Made by a program: the position numbers and the translations under genes
Notes under the pieces: model-generated
What the model saw: only the letters and a program-made list of their open reading frames with translations
Databases searched by the model: none
Told to the model about the DNA's origin: nothing
In this document: one piece after another, positions 38,605 through 48,983 of the stretch
Layout of the letters: each line of letters starts with the position of its first letter
Position numbering within the stretch: the stretch's first letter is position 1
Assembly: GCA_018060945.1 (NCBI GenBank)
Contig: JAGOVB010000001.1
Location: 5,238 to 69,237, forward strand
Direction: 5' to 3'
DNA: 64,000 bases
Source: Minisyncoccota bacterium
GTDB taxonomy: Bacteria; Patescibacteriota; Minisyncoccia; Phycocordibacterales; PALSA-1337

Positions 38605-39234
38605 ATGGCAACACCACTTACCGGACAACAAATTATTGAAAGATTCGAGTTGTATACAGATGATACGACTGATCTTTCGAGTGATGAGGAACTTATTCTT
38701 GCCAATGACAAGATTCGCTTGGTGTACATGGAGCAACCTTGGGAATTTCTACGCAGGAAGAAGTCAGGGGCAGTAGAGATAGACGGAAAAATTACTTTAC
38801 CAATTGATTTTGATGAATTCCTAGAAAACTTTAGTGACGATCCAACAATCGGTGAGCCAATTATGAGGGTGGTCTATATAGGTAGTCAGAAAGCTCCGTA
38901 TCTCGTGGTGCCTATGGGTCAGAGAAATGCCAATAACTTTAGCAATGTCTGTTGGATTGATCCTTCTGATGGAAAAATAAACTTCTCACAGAATCCTGGC
39001 ACTGGTGCCTCTTACGAATATGACTACAAGACAAGCCCTGATGACATCACAGTAGGTACATCTCCAAAACTTCCTCCTGAATACCATCCAATGATTGTAT
39101 TCTCGATGCTTATCGATGAAGACATCATCAAGAAGTCTGAGAAGGCTCGAAGCAACATGCAGGACAATGCGGTTCAGTATCAGCGCTACATGAAAAATCT
39201 AAAGTTGCGAGATGCTCGCTTTAAACTTGCGTAA
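38605..39234 (+). CDS. Hypothetical virion protein (head-tail adaptor candidate)
   Basis: 209 aa, immediately after the capsid gene. Assigned by position. Confidence 0.35.
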   Translation: MATPLTGQQIIERFELYTDDTTDLSSDEELILANDKIRLVYMEQPWEFLRRKKSGAVEIDGKITLPIDFDEFLENFSDDPTIGEPIMRVVYIGSQKAPYLVVPMGQRNANNFSNVCWIDPSDGKINFSQNPGTGASYEYDYKTSPDDITVGTSPKLPPEYHPMIVFSMLIDEDIIKKSEKARSNMQDNAVQYQRYMKNLKLRDARFKLA

Positions 39235-39239
39235 TTTAT

Positions 39240-41138
39240 ATGGCTAATCATGAAATTAAAAAATTTGGATCAGGAGTACATAATCGTGAAGACAATGAGG
39301 ATACTCCCAAAGACAGTGCCAAAGATGGTCTCAATTGGCTAACGATTGATGGACGTATTGAACTCGCTCGAGGAAAAGTAACTGTGGGTCCCGAGGGTCC
39401 TGCCGGTGCGTGCCCGGCAATCCATGTAGGATACAAAGCAAACGGTACAGGCATTTTGTGGAGAAAAGTAGCGACTGCAATTCAGTATTTTACAGGTGTC
39501 ATTTGGGTCGATGTTGTTACAGGACTTAATCCCAACGATATCTATGTCTTTGCGAACTACAGCTCACTTACAGGCGCTTGGACGTTTGTGGGTGGTCCAG
39601 GAGGGGTATTCAAATTTGCAAACTCAAATCCCACGAGTTATATCCAGCTTTACACAACTACAGACTTTTTTTGTGGGTATCCACTGATTGATAAGGCAAG
39701 AATGTATCTCTGGGGAATTGCAAAAGATCCCACAAGTCTTTATCGAAGCTATATCGATGTACAACGAGATGGAACGAGTTTCACTCAAATATCAAATGAA
39801 AATGCTGCAAGTGGAAACGGATCACAAACAGTATTCTCTGGCACACTCGCATTCAAGACAGGACAGCCGAAACGAAACTGTGGACTTGTGACTATTAAGT
39901 GTACAGATGGAGGTGGTGAAATATTTACTGACGACAAAAACGGAAACCTGAAGGGAACTGCTGGAGGTGCTGGAACTATAAATTATATCACTGGAGCGTG
40001 GAGTGTGACCTTTGTGACCGTCCCAGCAAATATTGCAAACAACATCAAAGCTGACTATGTCTGGGAGAATAGCACTAGCAAAGGTGTTGCTGACTTTACC
40101 TACAGCGCTTCACGGCTTGCCGGAGAAGGGGACGTGATTCGCCAGGATGAAGGTGGTGATGCCATTCAGCAACTCGTGATTGGTATTGATGGAAATTACT
40201 ACTCACTCAAGAAACAGAGTGCATATCAACATAAATATACTGATGATGATAAAAGTTTTAATAATCAAGTGGTCCGAAGAAATATCGGTGTACTTACCCG
40301 GAAAAGCTCGGTAACTACTGGACGAGGTGTTGTTTTCATCAACACTGCGAACCCAGACAGACCACAGCTTACAGTCCTAGAAAAGAATCCTCTCGGTGAT
40401 GATATTCTCGCAACTGAACTCATTCCACATTTTGCTTGGGAGAGATTTGATTACTCAGATGCGGTTATGGAAACTTACGGACAATTTATTGTCCTCTCGT
40501 GCCGTGCCCAATCGAGCATCGTGAACGATAGAACGCTCGTGATCGACATCGTAAAAAATACTGTCGACATCTCAAACTACGGCATGAAGGCACTCATCAA
40601 GGATTCTGGAGTGCTCTATGGCGGAAGTCCCCACACTCAGACGGTTTATAAAATCCTGAATGGATTTGATGACGATGGCTACGTTATCCAAAATAACTGG
40701 GACAGCAAGTACGAAACCTATGGTGTTCGAAGGCTCAAGAAATATAGAAGACTACGATATCGAGGTGAGATTGATCCTGCTCAATATGTAGAAGTCTATG
40801 CTGATTTTGATGGAGCAGGGTATGCACTCATTGGAACGATTCGAGGAGATGGAACCTACGTCAATCGCACGAGCCCCTCAAGTGTGGGTACAACCATGAT
40901 CGGAGATGCTGCTGTTGGAGGCGACGGAGCAGCTCAGGTATACCCATACGAACTCCAAATCAAGGCAATGAAGATTCCAAAGTTCCGAAGACGCAGCATT
41001 CGCTTCATAGCCAAGGGAATAGGCTATGTGAGCGTAATGGAGTCGGTCGATTGGGACATCCTGACCTACGAGGACAAATTACCAAAGGTCTACAGGCAAA
41101 AAGAGCATGTCAGTCTCGATGGCAAAAGCGTGAACTAG
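39240..41138 (+). CDS. Hypothetical large virion structural protein
   Basis: 632 aa, Gly/Thr/Asn-rich and beta-rich in composition, in the tail region. Confidence 0.4.
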   Translation: MANHEIKKFGSGVHNREDNEDTPKDSAKDGLNWLTIDGRIELARGKVTVGPEGPAGACPAIHVGYKANGTGILWRKVATAIQYFTGVIWVDVVTGLNPNDIYVFANYSSLTGAWTFVGGPGGVFKFANSNPTSYIQLYTTTDFFCGYPLIDKARMYLWGIAKDPTSLYRSYIDVQRDGTSFTQISNENAASGNGSQTVFSGTLAFKTGQPKRNCGLVTIKCTDGGGEIFTDDKNGNLKGTAGGAGTINYITGAWSVTFVTVPANIANNIKADYVWENSTSKGVADFTYSASRLAGEGDVIRQDEGGDAIQQLVIGIDGNYYSLKKQSAYQHKYTDDDKSFNNQVVRRNIGVLTRKSSVTTGRGVVFINTANPDRPQLTVLEKNPLGDDILATELIPHFAWERFDYSDAVMETYGQFIVLSCRAQSSIVNDRTLVIDIVKNTVDISNYGMKALIKDSGVLYGGSPHTQTVYKILNGFDDDGYVIQNNWDSKYETYGVRRLKKYRRLRYRGEIDPAQYVEVYADFDGAGYALIGTIRGDGTYVNRTSPSSVGTTMIGDAAVGGDGAAQVYPYELQIKAMKIPKFRRRSIRFIAKGIGYVSVMESVDWDILTYEDKLPKVYRQKEHVSLDGKSVN

Positions 41139-41162
41139 TAATGCACGCAATTTTGCATTTTT
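41137..41162 (+). promoter_or_regulatory. Copy 3 of conserved hairpin motif AGTAATGCACGCAATTTTGCATTTTT
   Basis: Overlaps the TAG stop of the 39240 gene, 20 nt before the next gene. Confidence 0.6.
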
Positions 41163-41181
41163 CCACATTCATACTTACAAC

Positions 41182-41955
41182 ATGGCATCCAAACTCACTA
41201 AAGTAGTCGCAAACTTCGAAACATCTCTTGCCACAAAGCTAGCTAACGGGGCTACTTCAGGTGCTCTTACGAGCATCACTGACAAAAATAGTGTAGCCCT
41301 TCCTGCTGGCAAATATTGCATGATCATTGACCGAGGAACCGGTGACGAAGAACATCTCCTGTTCGATCTCTCAGGTACAGCTATGAGCAATATCTTTAGC
41401 GTTTCAAGACAAGGTGTCCAAACTGCTGGAGTCCAAAATCTCAATGGCCATAGAGCAGGATCAAAATGCTATCTCACCGATTTTGTGAACCTCAAAGTCA
41501 TTGTCGACATTCTGAATGGCGCCGATTCTCTCGATTCAGCAAATCCTGTGAAATATGATGCTGATCCGACTTTCAATGATTCAAAGCAAGTTGTCTCAAA
41601 GGGATATGTAGATGTGAACCTAGCCGGTAAAGCATCAACAAACGGAAACAATACCTTCACTGGAAATAATAATTTTATAAACTCTCCGAATGTTCCCAAT
41701 GCGGTAAGCGCATCACAGCCCGTAACACTCTCACAGCTCATGGCTGCTGCGCTAACTGGTATTCAGGCAGGACTTGAGTATGTCGATATCGCATTAAATG
41801 CTGACGGAAGCGTCAGGTCCCTTCATGACAACGTGAATGGAAAGACGATTGTGTTTGAGTACGACGATAACCGATTGCTTCGAAGCATCTATGACGGCGT
41901 GAAGAAGTGGTCAGTTAGAGCTGTCGATGAGAGGATCGCAAGCATTATTCATTAA
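41182..41955 (+). CDS. Hypothetical virion protein (fibre/adaptor-like)
   Basis: 257 aa, Ala/Ser/Asn-rich. Confidence 0.35.
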   Translation: MASKLTKVVANFETSLATKLANGATSGALTSITDKNSVALPAGKYCMIIDRGTGDEEHLLFDLSGTAMSNIFSVSRQGVQTAGVQNLNGHRAGSKCYLTDFVNLKVIVDILNGADSLDSANPVKYDADPTFNDSKQVVSKGYVDVNLAGKASTNGNNTFTGNNNFINSPNVPNAVSASQPVTLSQLMAAALTGIQAGLEYVDIALNADGSVRSLHDNVNGKTIVFEYDDNRLLRSIYDGVKKWSVRAVDERIASIIH

Positions 41956-41969
41956 TTTAATTTTTTAAC

Positions 41970-44048
41970 ATGATTAATTTACAAGTAGATCGAAGGTTAG
42001 ATAAGACGACAATAGTTAAAGGGCAACAGACTGTACCTTTCCCTAAATTTGTCGAATGGGATAGACCAGGAATGGCACAATGGCCTGCCGTTAAAGCGCA
42101 AGGGAAACTCACTATGCCGAATCAGCCCTCAGTGGGAGAGACGATCACTCTCGGCATAAAAACATACTCTTTCGTGGCAAGTCTTGTTACCAATACTGAT
42201 GGTCAGATTGTGATTGGTGCCAGTGTTGCGGCTACTCGTGCAAATATTATGGCTGCTGTGAATCTTTCGGGTCTACCTGGAAGTCAGTATGCAACCGCAA
42301 CCTCTCTTAACGGCGATGTGGAAGTAACTTCCATCTCAGGAAATGACATTTTCTTTACTGCAAAAGTAGGTGGTACCGCAGGAAACTCCATAGCATCAAC
42401 ATCCACACTTGTCGCTCCTAACGTATTTGATGCATCGACTCTTGGAACTTACCGAGCCGGTGCAGCCGCAAGTGATGCTGACTCCTTGATCATCCCCGGA
42501 TACCGAGGATGCTTCAACAACTATGTGAATAATATGTACAACAACCGAGAAATGTTCTACGTCGGCCGAGCATCATGGGATGGCGATGAAGACAGAGCAT
42601 TCGGTATTCAAAATGAACTTCTGCGAGAGTTTCCTTTCCATGAGTATTTCATAAGTCCTGGTGCTACTCGAAAGATGTATGCAATGAACTTCATTGAAAA
42701 GAGGGTAAAGAGTGTGAAAACTCTGACGATGTACACAAAACTTAGAGATATAGAGACTCAGACACTCTCATCGCCATTTGCCAAATCAACAAGTAACGTC
42801 GTCTTTAAAACTCTTGAACTCGACGCAACTCGATTTATAACTTTCTACCGTCAGCAAGCAGGTACGACAGGAATCTATGCAGTTGTAGGAAATACAAATG
42901 CAAACGGAACGATCACATGGGGTGCTCCGCTTCTCATGTACACAGTCGACTGGTATAACGAAAACTTTGATGCGGTGGTAATTAATACCGACAAAGTTTT
43001 GATGGCGCTTCCAAATGGAGGATCGAACTTTATTCACACAGCCGTTCTCACAATTTCTGGAACTGGTATCGCCCTCAACACACCGGTCCAGGTTGTAGCA
43101 CTCGCACCAGCATATAAGCAGCTTGTGAAGGTTGGAACTGATAAGGCAATCCTAGCCTTTGAAAACGGTGGTGCGATTAACCTCTATTGCGTTTCAGTTT
43201 CTGGAACCGTTCCATCATACGGAACACTCGCAAGCGTCGCTTCAACATCAAAACCTCACCTTGCTCCAAACGGAACTGACAAATGCCAGATTGCATACAT
43301 TGGCTCGGGCGGATGGTATTCAGCTGTAGTTACGACCTCAGGAAGCACAATCACAGTACAGGCCGGAGTCCAAATTAGCTACGATGCAAACTTTCAGTAT
43401 CGACATATTTGGCTATTTCCACTAGCGACAGATACTTTCGTTTTCTGGAGTCATTGGGGACAGGTTCAATTTCAAACTAGAGATCGATACAAAATGGGAC
43501 TCATAACTGTTTCTGGTACGAACACAACTCTTGCAAGCAGCACCTACGTTCCGTGTGGCTGGTGGGGAAACATGATGTATCCAAAATCGATAGATGCAAC
43601 AAACTTCTATCTTTATCGCTTCGAGAATAGTCGTATCACAGGAGGAAAGGTCACATTAAGTAACGGATCTCTATCACTCGCCAACATGCCATACAAAGGA
43701 TTTGGTTGGAATGAAAATGATGGAGGTCAGGCAAATTACAGATATCAGCAATATAACAACATGCCTCAAATTGCTGATCCTGTGAGTTGTAATGGCAACA
43801 TGTTTTTCATTACTACTGACAACAATATGAGTGGTCAGTTTGCTGTGTACAGTGACAGGTCGTTTAGCTTCGATCTTTACAACGGGGATGATTATTTCGG
43901 TACATTCACAAAATCTGATCTTGGGTTTATGCAAAAGATTGTTGTCGATATTCCGATTGGTAAAGAAGAATTTGGTCTAAAGATAAAGAGCAATGACAGC
44001 GTAGTACGCACTGCAATGATCGATCACATGTATCTGATAACTGATTAA
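41970..44048 (+). CDS. Hypothetical large virion protein (tail fibre / receptor-binding candidate)
   Basis: 692 aa, Gly/Thr/Ser/Asn-rich with many aromatic residues, typical of beta-rich tail proteins. Confidence 0.4.
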   Translation: MINLQVDRRLDKTTIVKGQQTVPFPKFVEWDRPGMAQWPAVKAQGKLTMPNQPSVGETITLGIKTYSFVASLVTNTDGQIVIGASVAATRANIMAAVNLSGLPGSQYATATSLNGDVEVTSISGNDIFFTAKVGGTAGNSIASTSTLVAPNVFDASTLGTYRAGAAASDADSLIIPGYRGCFNNYVNNMYNNREMFYVGRASWDGDEDRAFGIQNELLREFPFHEYFISPGATRKMYAMNFIEKRVKSVKTLTMYTKLRDIETQTLSSPFAKSTSNVVFKTLELDATRFITFYRQQAGTTGIYAVVGNTNANGTITWGAPLLMYTVDWYNENFDAVVINTDKVLMALPNGGSNFIHTAVLTISGTGIALNTPVQVVALAPAYKQLVKVGTDKAILAFENGGAINLYCVSVSGTVPSYGTLASVASTSKPHLAPNGTDKCQIAYIGSGGWYSAVVTTSGSTITVQAGVQISYDANFQYRHIWLFPLATDTFVFWSHWGQVQFQTRDRYKMGLITVSGTNTTLASSTYVPCGWWGNMMYPKSIDATNFYLYRFENSRITGGKVTLSNGSLSLANMPYKGFGWNENDGGQANYRYQQYNNMPQIADPVSCNGNMFFITTDNNMSGQFAVYSDRSFSFDLYNGDDYFGTFTKSDLGFMQKIVVDIPIGKEEFGLKIKSNDSVVRTAMIDHMYLITD

Positions 44049-44055
44049 AATATTA

Positions 44056-45651
44056 ATGAATTCCTACACGATACAATACGGCGATACTCTAAGCGGAATC
44101 GCATCGAAGACCGGAAAGAGCATGCAAGAGCTCATGCGTCTAAATCCGTCAATAACTGATCCCAACAAAATCTATGCTGGGCGTACTTTGTCGTTAGGTG
44201 CTTCACCCGCTCCAGCTCCTGCACCAGCTCCGACTCCTGCGGCAAAACAGACAATCGCTCAAGTGGCGAAAGTGACCGTTCCAACTTTCGTAGAAGACTC
44301 AGGTAGGGCTCAGATAGGTAAAGACCTCAAGTCTCAAGCTACACAACAAGCGAATGATGAGGCAATTCGGGCAGCCACAAGAGCTCGCATTCAGGGACAA
44401 ATTGATGCTATAAACGCTGCTGTACAAGATCAAATAATCAACTTTAGAAATACCACAGGTAAAAACCGGCAAGGTCAAAGCTACGCATTGGCAGCAGCTG
44501 GGGGTCGAATTGGAAGTCCTACCGGAGAAGCAGAATTTCAGAAAGTTGAAGATTATAACAATCAAGAGGAGCAAACATATCGAAGTGAAGCGAATCTTAA
44601 AATCTCTGCTCTCTATGGTCAGGCAAATCGGGATGCTGATGCAGAGATTAAAACAAAACGAGAGGCAATTCAGCAGGGTATCGATAAATATTTTGAATTT
44701 CTAGATAACCAAGGTCAACGAAAACGTGAGCAAGTTTCAGCATTCGTTAAAAATATGTTGGCACTTGGAGTTGACCCAACATCTCTCAGTGATGCTGACT
44801 TCGAGAAACTTCAAGATCAGTATGGATTTAGTAAGGAGCAGCTCTCAACTTTGTATAACGATGCAAAAGCAGAAAGAGATCAATCTACTCTCAAAACTGA
44901 AAAAGAAAAGGTTGATCTTGATAAAGCCAAGAATGATGCAAATCAATTTAGCCTCAATGAAGGCGATGCTCGTTATGTTTACGATCCTGAAACTGGCACG
45001 GCGAAACTTATTGCTTCTCGAGCTAAAACTTATGCGCCAAAAGGTGCAGATGGTCCAGATACTCCTGGCACAAGTCTCGGATATGATGATCCGAATTACA
45101 CTCTCGACTCTATTCGCAAATCAAAAGGCGGAAGATTCCTCACTCAAGGCGAGCTAAAACCCATCACTGATATTCAAACTGTTGTTGGCCAAGCGGAAAC
45201 TCTTTCTGGTCTCATAAATAGTGTTGATACCGGTCCAATTGTTGGAATCGTAAAGAGTGCAAATCCTTACGACACAAAAGCACAGCTCATGAAATCAGCA
45301 ATCACTGCGATCGTTCCAAAACTTGCTCGAGGTGTTTATGGAGAAGTGGGTGTACTTACTGATGCTGACATTGAGAACTACTCTCGAACCATTGCGAATC
45401 TGAAGAATACAGCTGATGTGAACAAGGCGGTCATGGCAATGACACTTGATATCGCTACTCGATCTCTTGCGAATCAGTTGAACTCACTCTCAGCTGGTGG
45501 CAGAGATGTATCAAGATTCGAAGCAATTTATACAGGAATGAATACTAAAGCAGCTTCAATCAAATCGGAGTTGGGTACGGGTCAACCTCAAACATCACAG
45601 CCTTCACCTTTCACAAGTAAGAGCGGAAAGACATATAACCTTCCAAACTAA
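44056..45651 (+). CDS. LysM-domain virion protein with (Pro-Ala)n linker and coiled-coil region
   Basis: N-terminal LysM (YTIQYGDTLSGIASKTGKSMQELMRLNPSITDPNKIYAGRTLSL), then an APAPAPAPAPTPA linker and a long helical region. Confidence 0.6.
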   Translation: MNSYTIQYGDTLSGIASKTGKSMQELMRLNPSITDPNKIYAGRTLSLGASPAPAPAPAPTPAAKQTIAQVAKVTVPTFVEDSGRAQIGKDLKSQATQQANDEAIRAATRARIQGQIDAINAAVQDQIINFRNTTGKNRQGQSYALAAAGGRIGSPTGEAEFQKVEDYNNQEEQTYRSEANLKISALYGQANRDADAEIKTKREAIQQGIDKYFEFLDNQGQRKREQVSAFVKNMLALGVDPTSLSDADFEKLQDQYGFSKEQLSTLYNDAKAERDQSTLKTEKEKVDLDKAKNDANQFSLNEGDARYVYDPETGTAKLIASRAKTYAPKGADGPDTPGTSLGYDDPNYTLDSIRKSKGGRFLTQGELKPITDIQTVVGQAETLSGLINSVDTGPIVGIVKSANPYDTKAQLMKSAITAIVPKLARGVYGEVGVLTDADIENYSRTIANLKNTADVNKAVMAMTLDIATRSLANQLNSLSAGGRDVSRFEAIYTGMNTKAASIKSELGTGQPQTSQPSPFTSKSGKTYNLPN

Positions 45652-45652
45652 A

Positions 45653-47953
45653 ATGCTTACACGATTACAAATACAAGATAATATCGATGCCCTAGAAGAA
45701 CAGGGAGCAAGCCAGGATGAAATTCAGGAGTGGCTTGATAGTTTACCTAAACAATCCTCACAGGCTGAACCCGAACCTCCGAAAAAGGAAGGGATTTTTA
45801 AAAGGATAGGAAAGGCCATCATTTCAAGCGAGCTTAAATTTGGTAAAAGCATTGCTGATGCCATGCCTTCGTTTGTGCCAGGAAGTGCGGCGTGGACGAA
45901 CAAGCAAAATGAACAGATTATGGCAAACCAACACGCCATGATGGAAAACTTATTGGTCCAAAGAAAGAAGCTCAAGGCTGAGGGTAAAGATACCTCACGT
46001 ATCGATGCCGCAATTCAAGATATGCAGGAGCAAATGAGTAAGCCTGCAATCGATATTAATGAGACAAATGCTTCAGTAAACAAAACAGCTAAACAAGTCT
46101 TTGGTGAAGGTCTCGGTGTGGCAGCAGACATCCTCTCGGCTGGATCATATGGAAAAGCAGCTCAAGGCGCTCAGAGTGGCAAGTTACTTATTGCAGGCAA
46201 GGCTTCCGGAAAGGTTGCGAATGTTCTCGGTAAAGCAGGAATTCAAAGTACAGTCTCACCGGCTGCAGGTGCGCTTCCAAGCATCATCGGTGGAGGTACG
46301 AAGGCTCAGGCTGCGCTCAAAGGTGCATGGCAAGGTGCAAAACAAGGATTCACATCCGGTGCAGTCTTTGGCACTGCCCAAGGTGCCACTCGAGCAATGC
46401 AGGATAACAAAGAAAATATCGACATTGTATCTGATGCGATTACTGGCGGTGTGGTTGGAGGTGTTGCCGGTGGAGTAGTTGGTGGAGTTGTGGGAGGTAC
46501 AAGCGGATACATCAATCGTCGTAGGGAAATAAATAAATTGCTAAAGCCTGCCATGACACCGGATGAGACGATGAATTCTCTTCACAAAGAAATTGCTACT
46601 CATGCCGATGAGACTTCATTTAAGACATCTATTCAAAAAGGTGATCTTACAATCGATCAGGTCTATCAAAAGAATGGTGCTCTTAATCCTGAACTTGCGA
46701 AAGGTAGGATTGATGATATTGCAGCAAACCTCGATCTCAAGGTCCCAGGTGCTGGAGAAAAATATAGAACTCTCATTGATCCGAATAATACGAGCTTCGA
46801 CGAGCTTATTTCAAAAGCCGATGATGTTATCGATGAAAGCAGGAAGATTCCTGTTGAAGCTATTAAATACACAGTAAATGCTGAAGGCAAAAAAGTATTT
46901 GATACAAAAGCAAACGAGGCTCTCAAGGCAGGTATTGCAGATCAAGACATAGCCTTTATTAAAAACGCCTCTGCTGCAGATAAAAAAATATTTGATAAAG
47001 CGATGAAGGTTGCTGAGCAGGCATCAAAAGATAAGACCTACGCACGTCAGCCCGTTGAGCAAGCAGGTAAAGTTATCATTGACCAAGCAAACACCGTAGA
47101 AAATGCTCGCATGAAAGTCGGGTCCGAACTTGGTATTGTTCGCTCAAAACTCGCAGCTGTACCAGTTGATGTGACTGACACTGCACAAAACTTCTACGAT
47201 GATCTTGCAGATGCAGGTATCTCTGTTGGTGACGACGGTCTCGATTTCTCTAAGTCAAAATATGCGAATGTTCCTAAAATTCAGAAACTGGTCGAGAGTG
47301 TTCATCAGCGATTAGTGAGTGCAGGGGATACACCGAACGTAAAAACTGTAGATATGATTCGACAACAACTTGGTACTGAAGTTGATCTAGGAACTCTTGA
47401 AGGAAATCTCGATAAGAGTGCAAAGCGAATCTTGCAAAAAGTTTATGGAGGCTTGGGAGAAAATATCACCTACATTGATCCAAAATATGCAGAACTCTCA
47501 GATCAATATTCAAAGCTTACAAGTGCGATGGATTACTTCCAGAGAGCTCTCGGAAAAGACTTTGATGCAACCAATATTAATTCTGCGTTGAAAGCAGGTG
47601 AAGTCGGCCGACGAATGCTTGGTAACGCTGCATCTCGGCCGCTGGTTGTGGTTGAAAACATCCAAGACCTTGCACGAGCATATGGCTACAATCCCAATGT
47701 TGACTCTCGTAGTCAAATTCTCTTTGCAAGCTTCCTAGAAGACCTCTTTGGCACTACTCAATCCCAGAGTCTACAAAGTCAGATGACAAAGGGGGTTAAT
47801 GCAGCCGAAGAAGCCACAGGAGCTCTCACAGACGCTGCTACAGGTAACGCAAGCGGACTTATGTCCAAAGCACTCCGAAAAGGCATAAATCTGGTCCGAA
47901 ATATCACGCCAGAGCGACAAATTGAGGCTGTAAGGGCTCTTATTACCCCATAA
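45653..47953 (+). CDS. Tape-measure-like / internal virion protein (Gly-rich repeats)
   Basis: 766 aa, mostly alpha-helical and charged, with a GGVVGGVAGGVVGGVVGGTSG repeat. Lies just upstream of the lysis cassette. Confidence 0.45.
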   Translation: MLTRLQIQDNIDALEEQGASQDEIQEWLDSLPKQSSQAEPEPPKKEGIFKRIGKAIISSELKFGKSIADAMPSFVPGSAAWTNKQNEQIMANQHAMMENLLVQRKKLKAEGKDTSRIDAAIQDMQEQMSKPAIDINETNASVNKTAKQVFGEGLGVAADILSAGSYGKAAQGAQSGKLLIAGKASGKVANVLGKAGIQSTVSPAAGALPSIIGGGTKAQAALKGAWQGAKQGFTSGAVFGTAQGATRAMQDNKENIDIVSDAITGGVVGGVAGGVVGGVVGGTSGYINRRREINKLLKPAMTPDETMNSLHKEIATHADETSFKTSIQKGDLTIDQVYQKNGALNPELAKGRIDDIAANLDLKVPGAGEKYRTLIDPNNTSFDELISKADDVIDESRKIPVEAIKYTVNAEGKKVFDTKANEALKAGIADQDIAFIKNASAADKKIFDKAMKVAEQASKDKTYARQPVEQAGKVIIDQANTVENARMKVGSELGIVRSKLAAVPVDVTDTAQNFYDDLADAGISVGDDGLDFSKSKYANVPKIQKLVESVHQRLVSAGDTPNVKTVDMIRQQLGTEVDLGTLEGNLDKSAKRILQKVYGGLGENITYIDPKYAELSDQYSKLTSAMDYFQRALGKDFDATNINSALKAGEVGRRMLGNAASRPLVVVENIQDLARAYGYNPNVDSRSQILFASFLEDLFGTTQSQSLQSQMTKGVNAAEEATGALTDAATGNASGLMSKALRKGINLVRNITPERQIEAVRALITP

Positions 47954-47999
47954 AGTAATGCACCACTTTTTGCCAAAAAGTGGATTTAAGCTTGGGGTA
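47944..47999 (+). terminator. Nested stem-loop carrying a variant of the AGTAATGCA motif
   Basis: Outer stem TACCCCA/TGGGGTA, inner stem CCACTTTTT-GCC-AAAAAGTGG (9 bp). It overlaps the TMP stop and ends at the ATG of the next gene. Confidence 0.45.
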
Positions 48000-48280
48000 T
48001 GGATAAAACAGAAGGATTTAAGAAATTTCTATATAACCAGGTCTCATTGGTGATCGGAATTGTAGGTGTGACATTCGGAATCTTTAATATGCTTCAAACT
48101 CCTCAGACCGATATTAAGGTCATCGAGGCTTTGAATAATATTCGAGATAACCACATCCACACAATTGAGGAAAACGTAAAACGAATTGATCAGGAAAATC
48201 AAAATCAGTACAGAGATATGAGTGAACGTATGACAAGAATTGAAACAATTCTCAACGAGCGATTACCAGTTAAAAAATAA
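47999..48280 (+). CDS. Holin candidate (single TM helix plus coiled coil)
   Basis: 93 aa with TM segment VSLVIGIVGVTFGIFNML, immediately upstream of the amidase. Confidence 0.35.
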   Translation: MDKTEGFKKFLYNQVSLVIGIVGVTFGIFNMLQTPQTDIKVIEALNNIRDNHIHTIEENVKRIDQENQNQYRDMSERMTRIETILNERLPVKK

Positions 48281-48283
48281 TTT

Positions 48284-48889
48284 ATGAATATTCCATTTCA
48301 ACAGACTCCAAACTACGCAGTCGGTCCCACAAAGAAAACAGTGGTAGTCCTTCATTTCACACTCGGGGCGTACAGAGGAGCGGTAGAGTGGCTATCAAAT
48401 GCTAACCGGCCGAACCGATCATCAGCTCATTTCGTAATAGGTCGCAATCAAGGTGAGGCGGTGCAACTCGTAAAGGTTACTGACATCGCATGGCACGCCG
48501 GTGCGGTCAGTAATCCAAATGAACGTGCAAAGCGTGTCATGAGAAAGAATCTTGATGGCACATGGGTCAACCCAAATCAGTACACAATCGGGATCGAATT
48601 AGCTGCCGGATATGACGTGGATCAGGATGGTGCGGTCGAGCCAAACGAAAATGACATTACAGAGTGGCAGTATCAGCAGCTCACAGAACTCGTAAGGGCA
48701 TTTGCAAACAATCCAGACACTGCATTTGTCCTGGATGAGAAAAATATCATCATTCACGGAGATATAACTGACTACAAAGAGAAGCCTGAAATAGTTCGTA
48801 AAGAACTTCTCAAGAGATTGTTTCCGGTCCAGCCAAGTAACAAAGAGGCAATCAAATCTCAGATCATCAGCCTCTTGAATCAACTATGA
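48284..48889 (+). CDS. N-acetylmuramoyl-L-alanine amidase (endolysin, Amidase_2/PGRP type)
   Basis: SSAHFVIGRNQGEAVQLVKVTDIAWHAGAVSN and surrounding blocks match the amidase_2 zinc-amidase fold. Confidence 0.8.
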   Translation: MNIPFQQTPNYAVGPTKKTVVVLHFTLGAYRGAVEWLSNANRPNRSSAHFVIGRNQGEAVQLVKVTDIAWHAGAVSNPNERAKRVMRKNLDGTWVNPNQYTIGIELAAGYDVDQDGAVEPNENDITEWQYQQLTELVRAFANNPDTAFVLDEKNIIIHGDITDYKEKPEIVRKELLKRLFPVQPSNKEAIKSQIISLLNQL

Positions 48890-48983
48890 GGTACATATCG
48901 CAAACCCTAGTAGCATTGGCAGCATTTCTATTTGCGTATGCGATCTGGCTCGAGCACGTGCATTAATAATTAACAAAATATTT

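Noticed and set aside
38132-38736. Overlapping plus and minus ORFs (153 and 149 aa) inside and after the capsid gene.
   Set aside because: They overlap a long, coherent plus-strand CDS and the hairpin region, with no supporting signals. Judged spurious.
44200-44240. Pro-Ala repeat (APAPAPAPAPTPA) considered as a DNA tandem repeat or contingency locus.
   Set aside because: It is an in-frame linker within a LysM protein, and the short GCNCCN repeats are typical of PA linkers. Not treated as a separate repeat feature.
46440-46510. GGTGTGGTTGGAGGTGTTGCCGGTGGAGTAGTTGGTGGAGTTGTGGGAGGT nucleotide repeat considered as CRISPR-like or VNTR.
   Set aside because: It encodes the Gly-Val repeat of the TMP-like protein. 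There is no spacer-repeat architecture.
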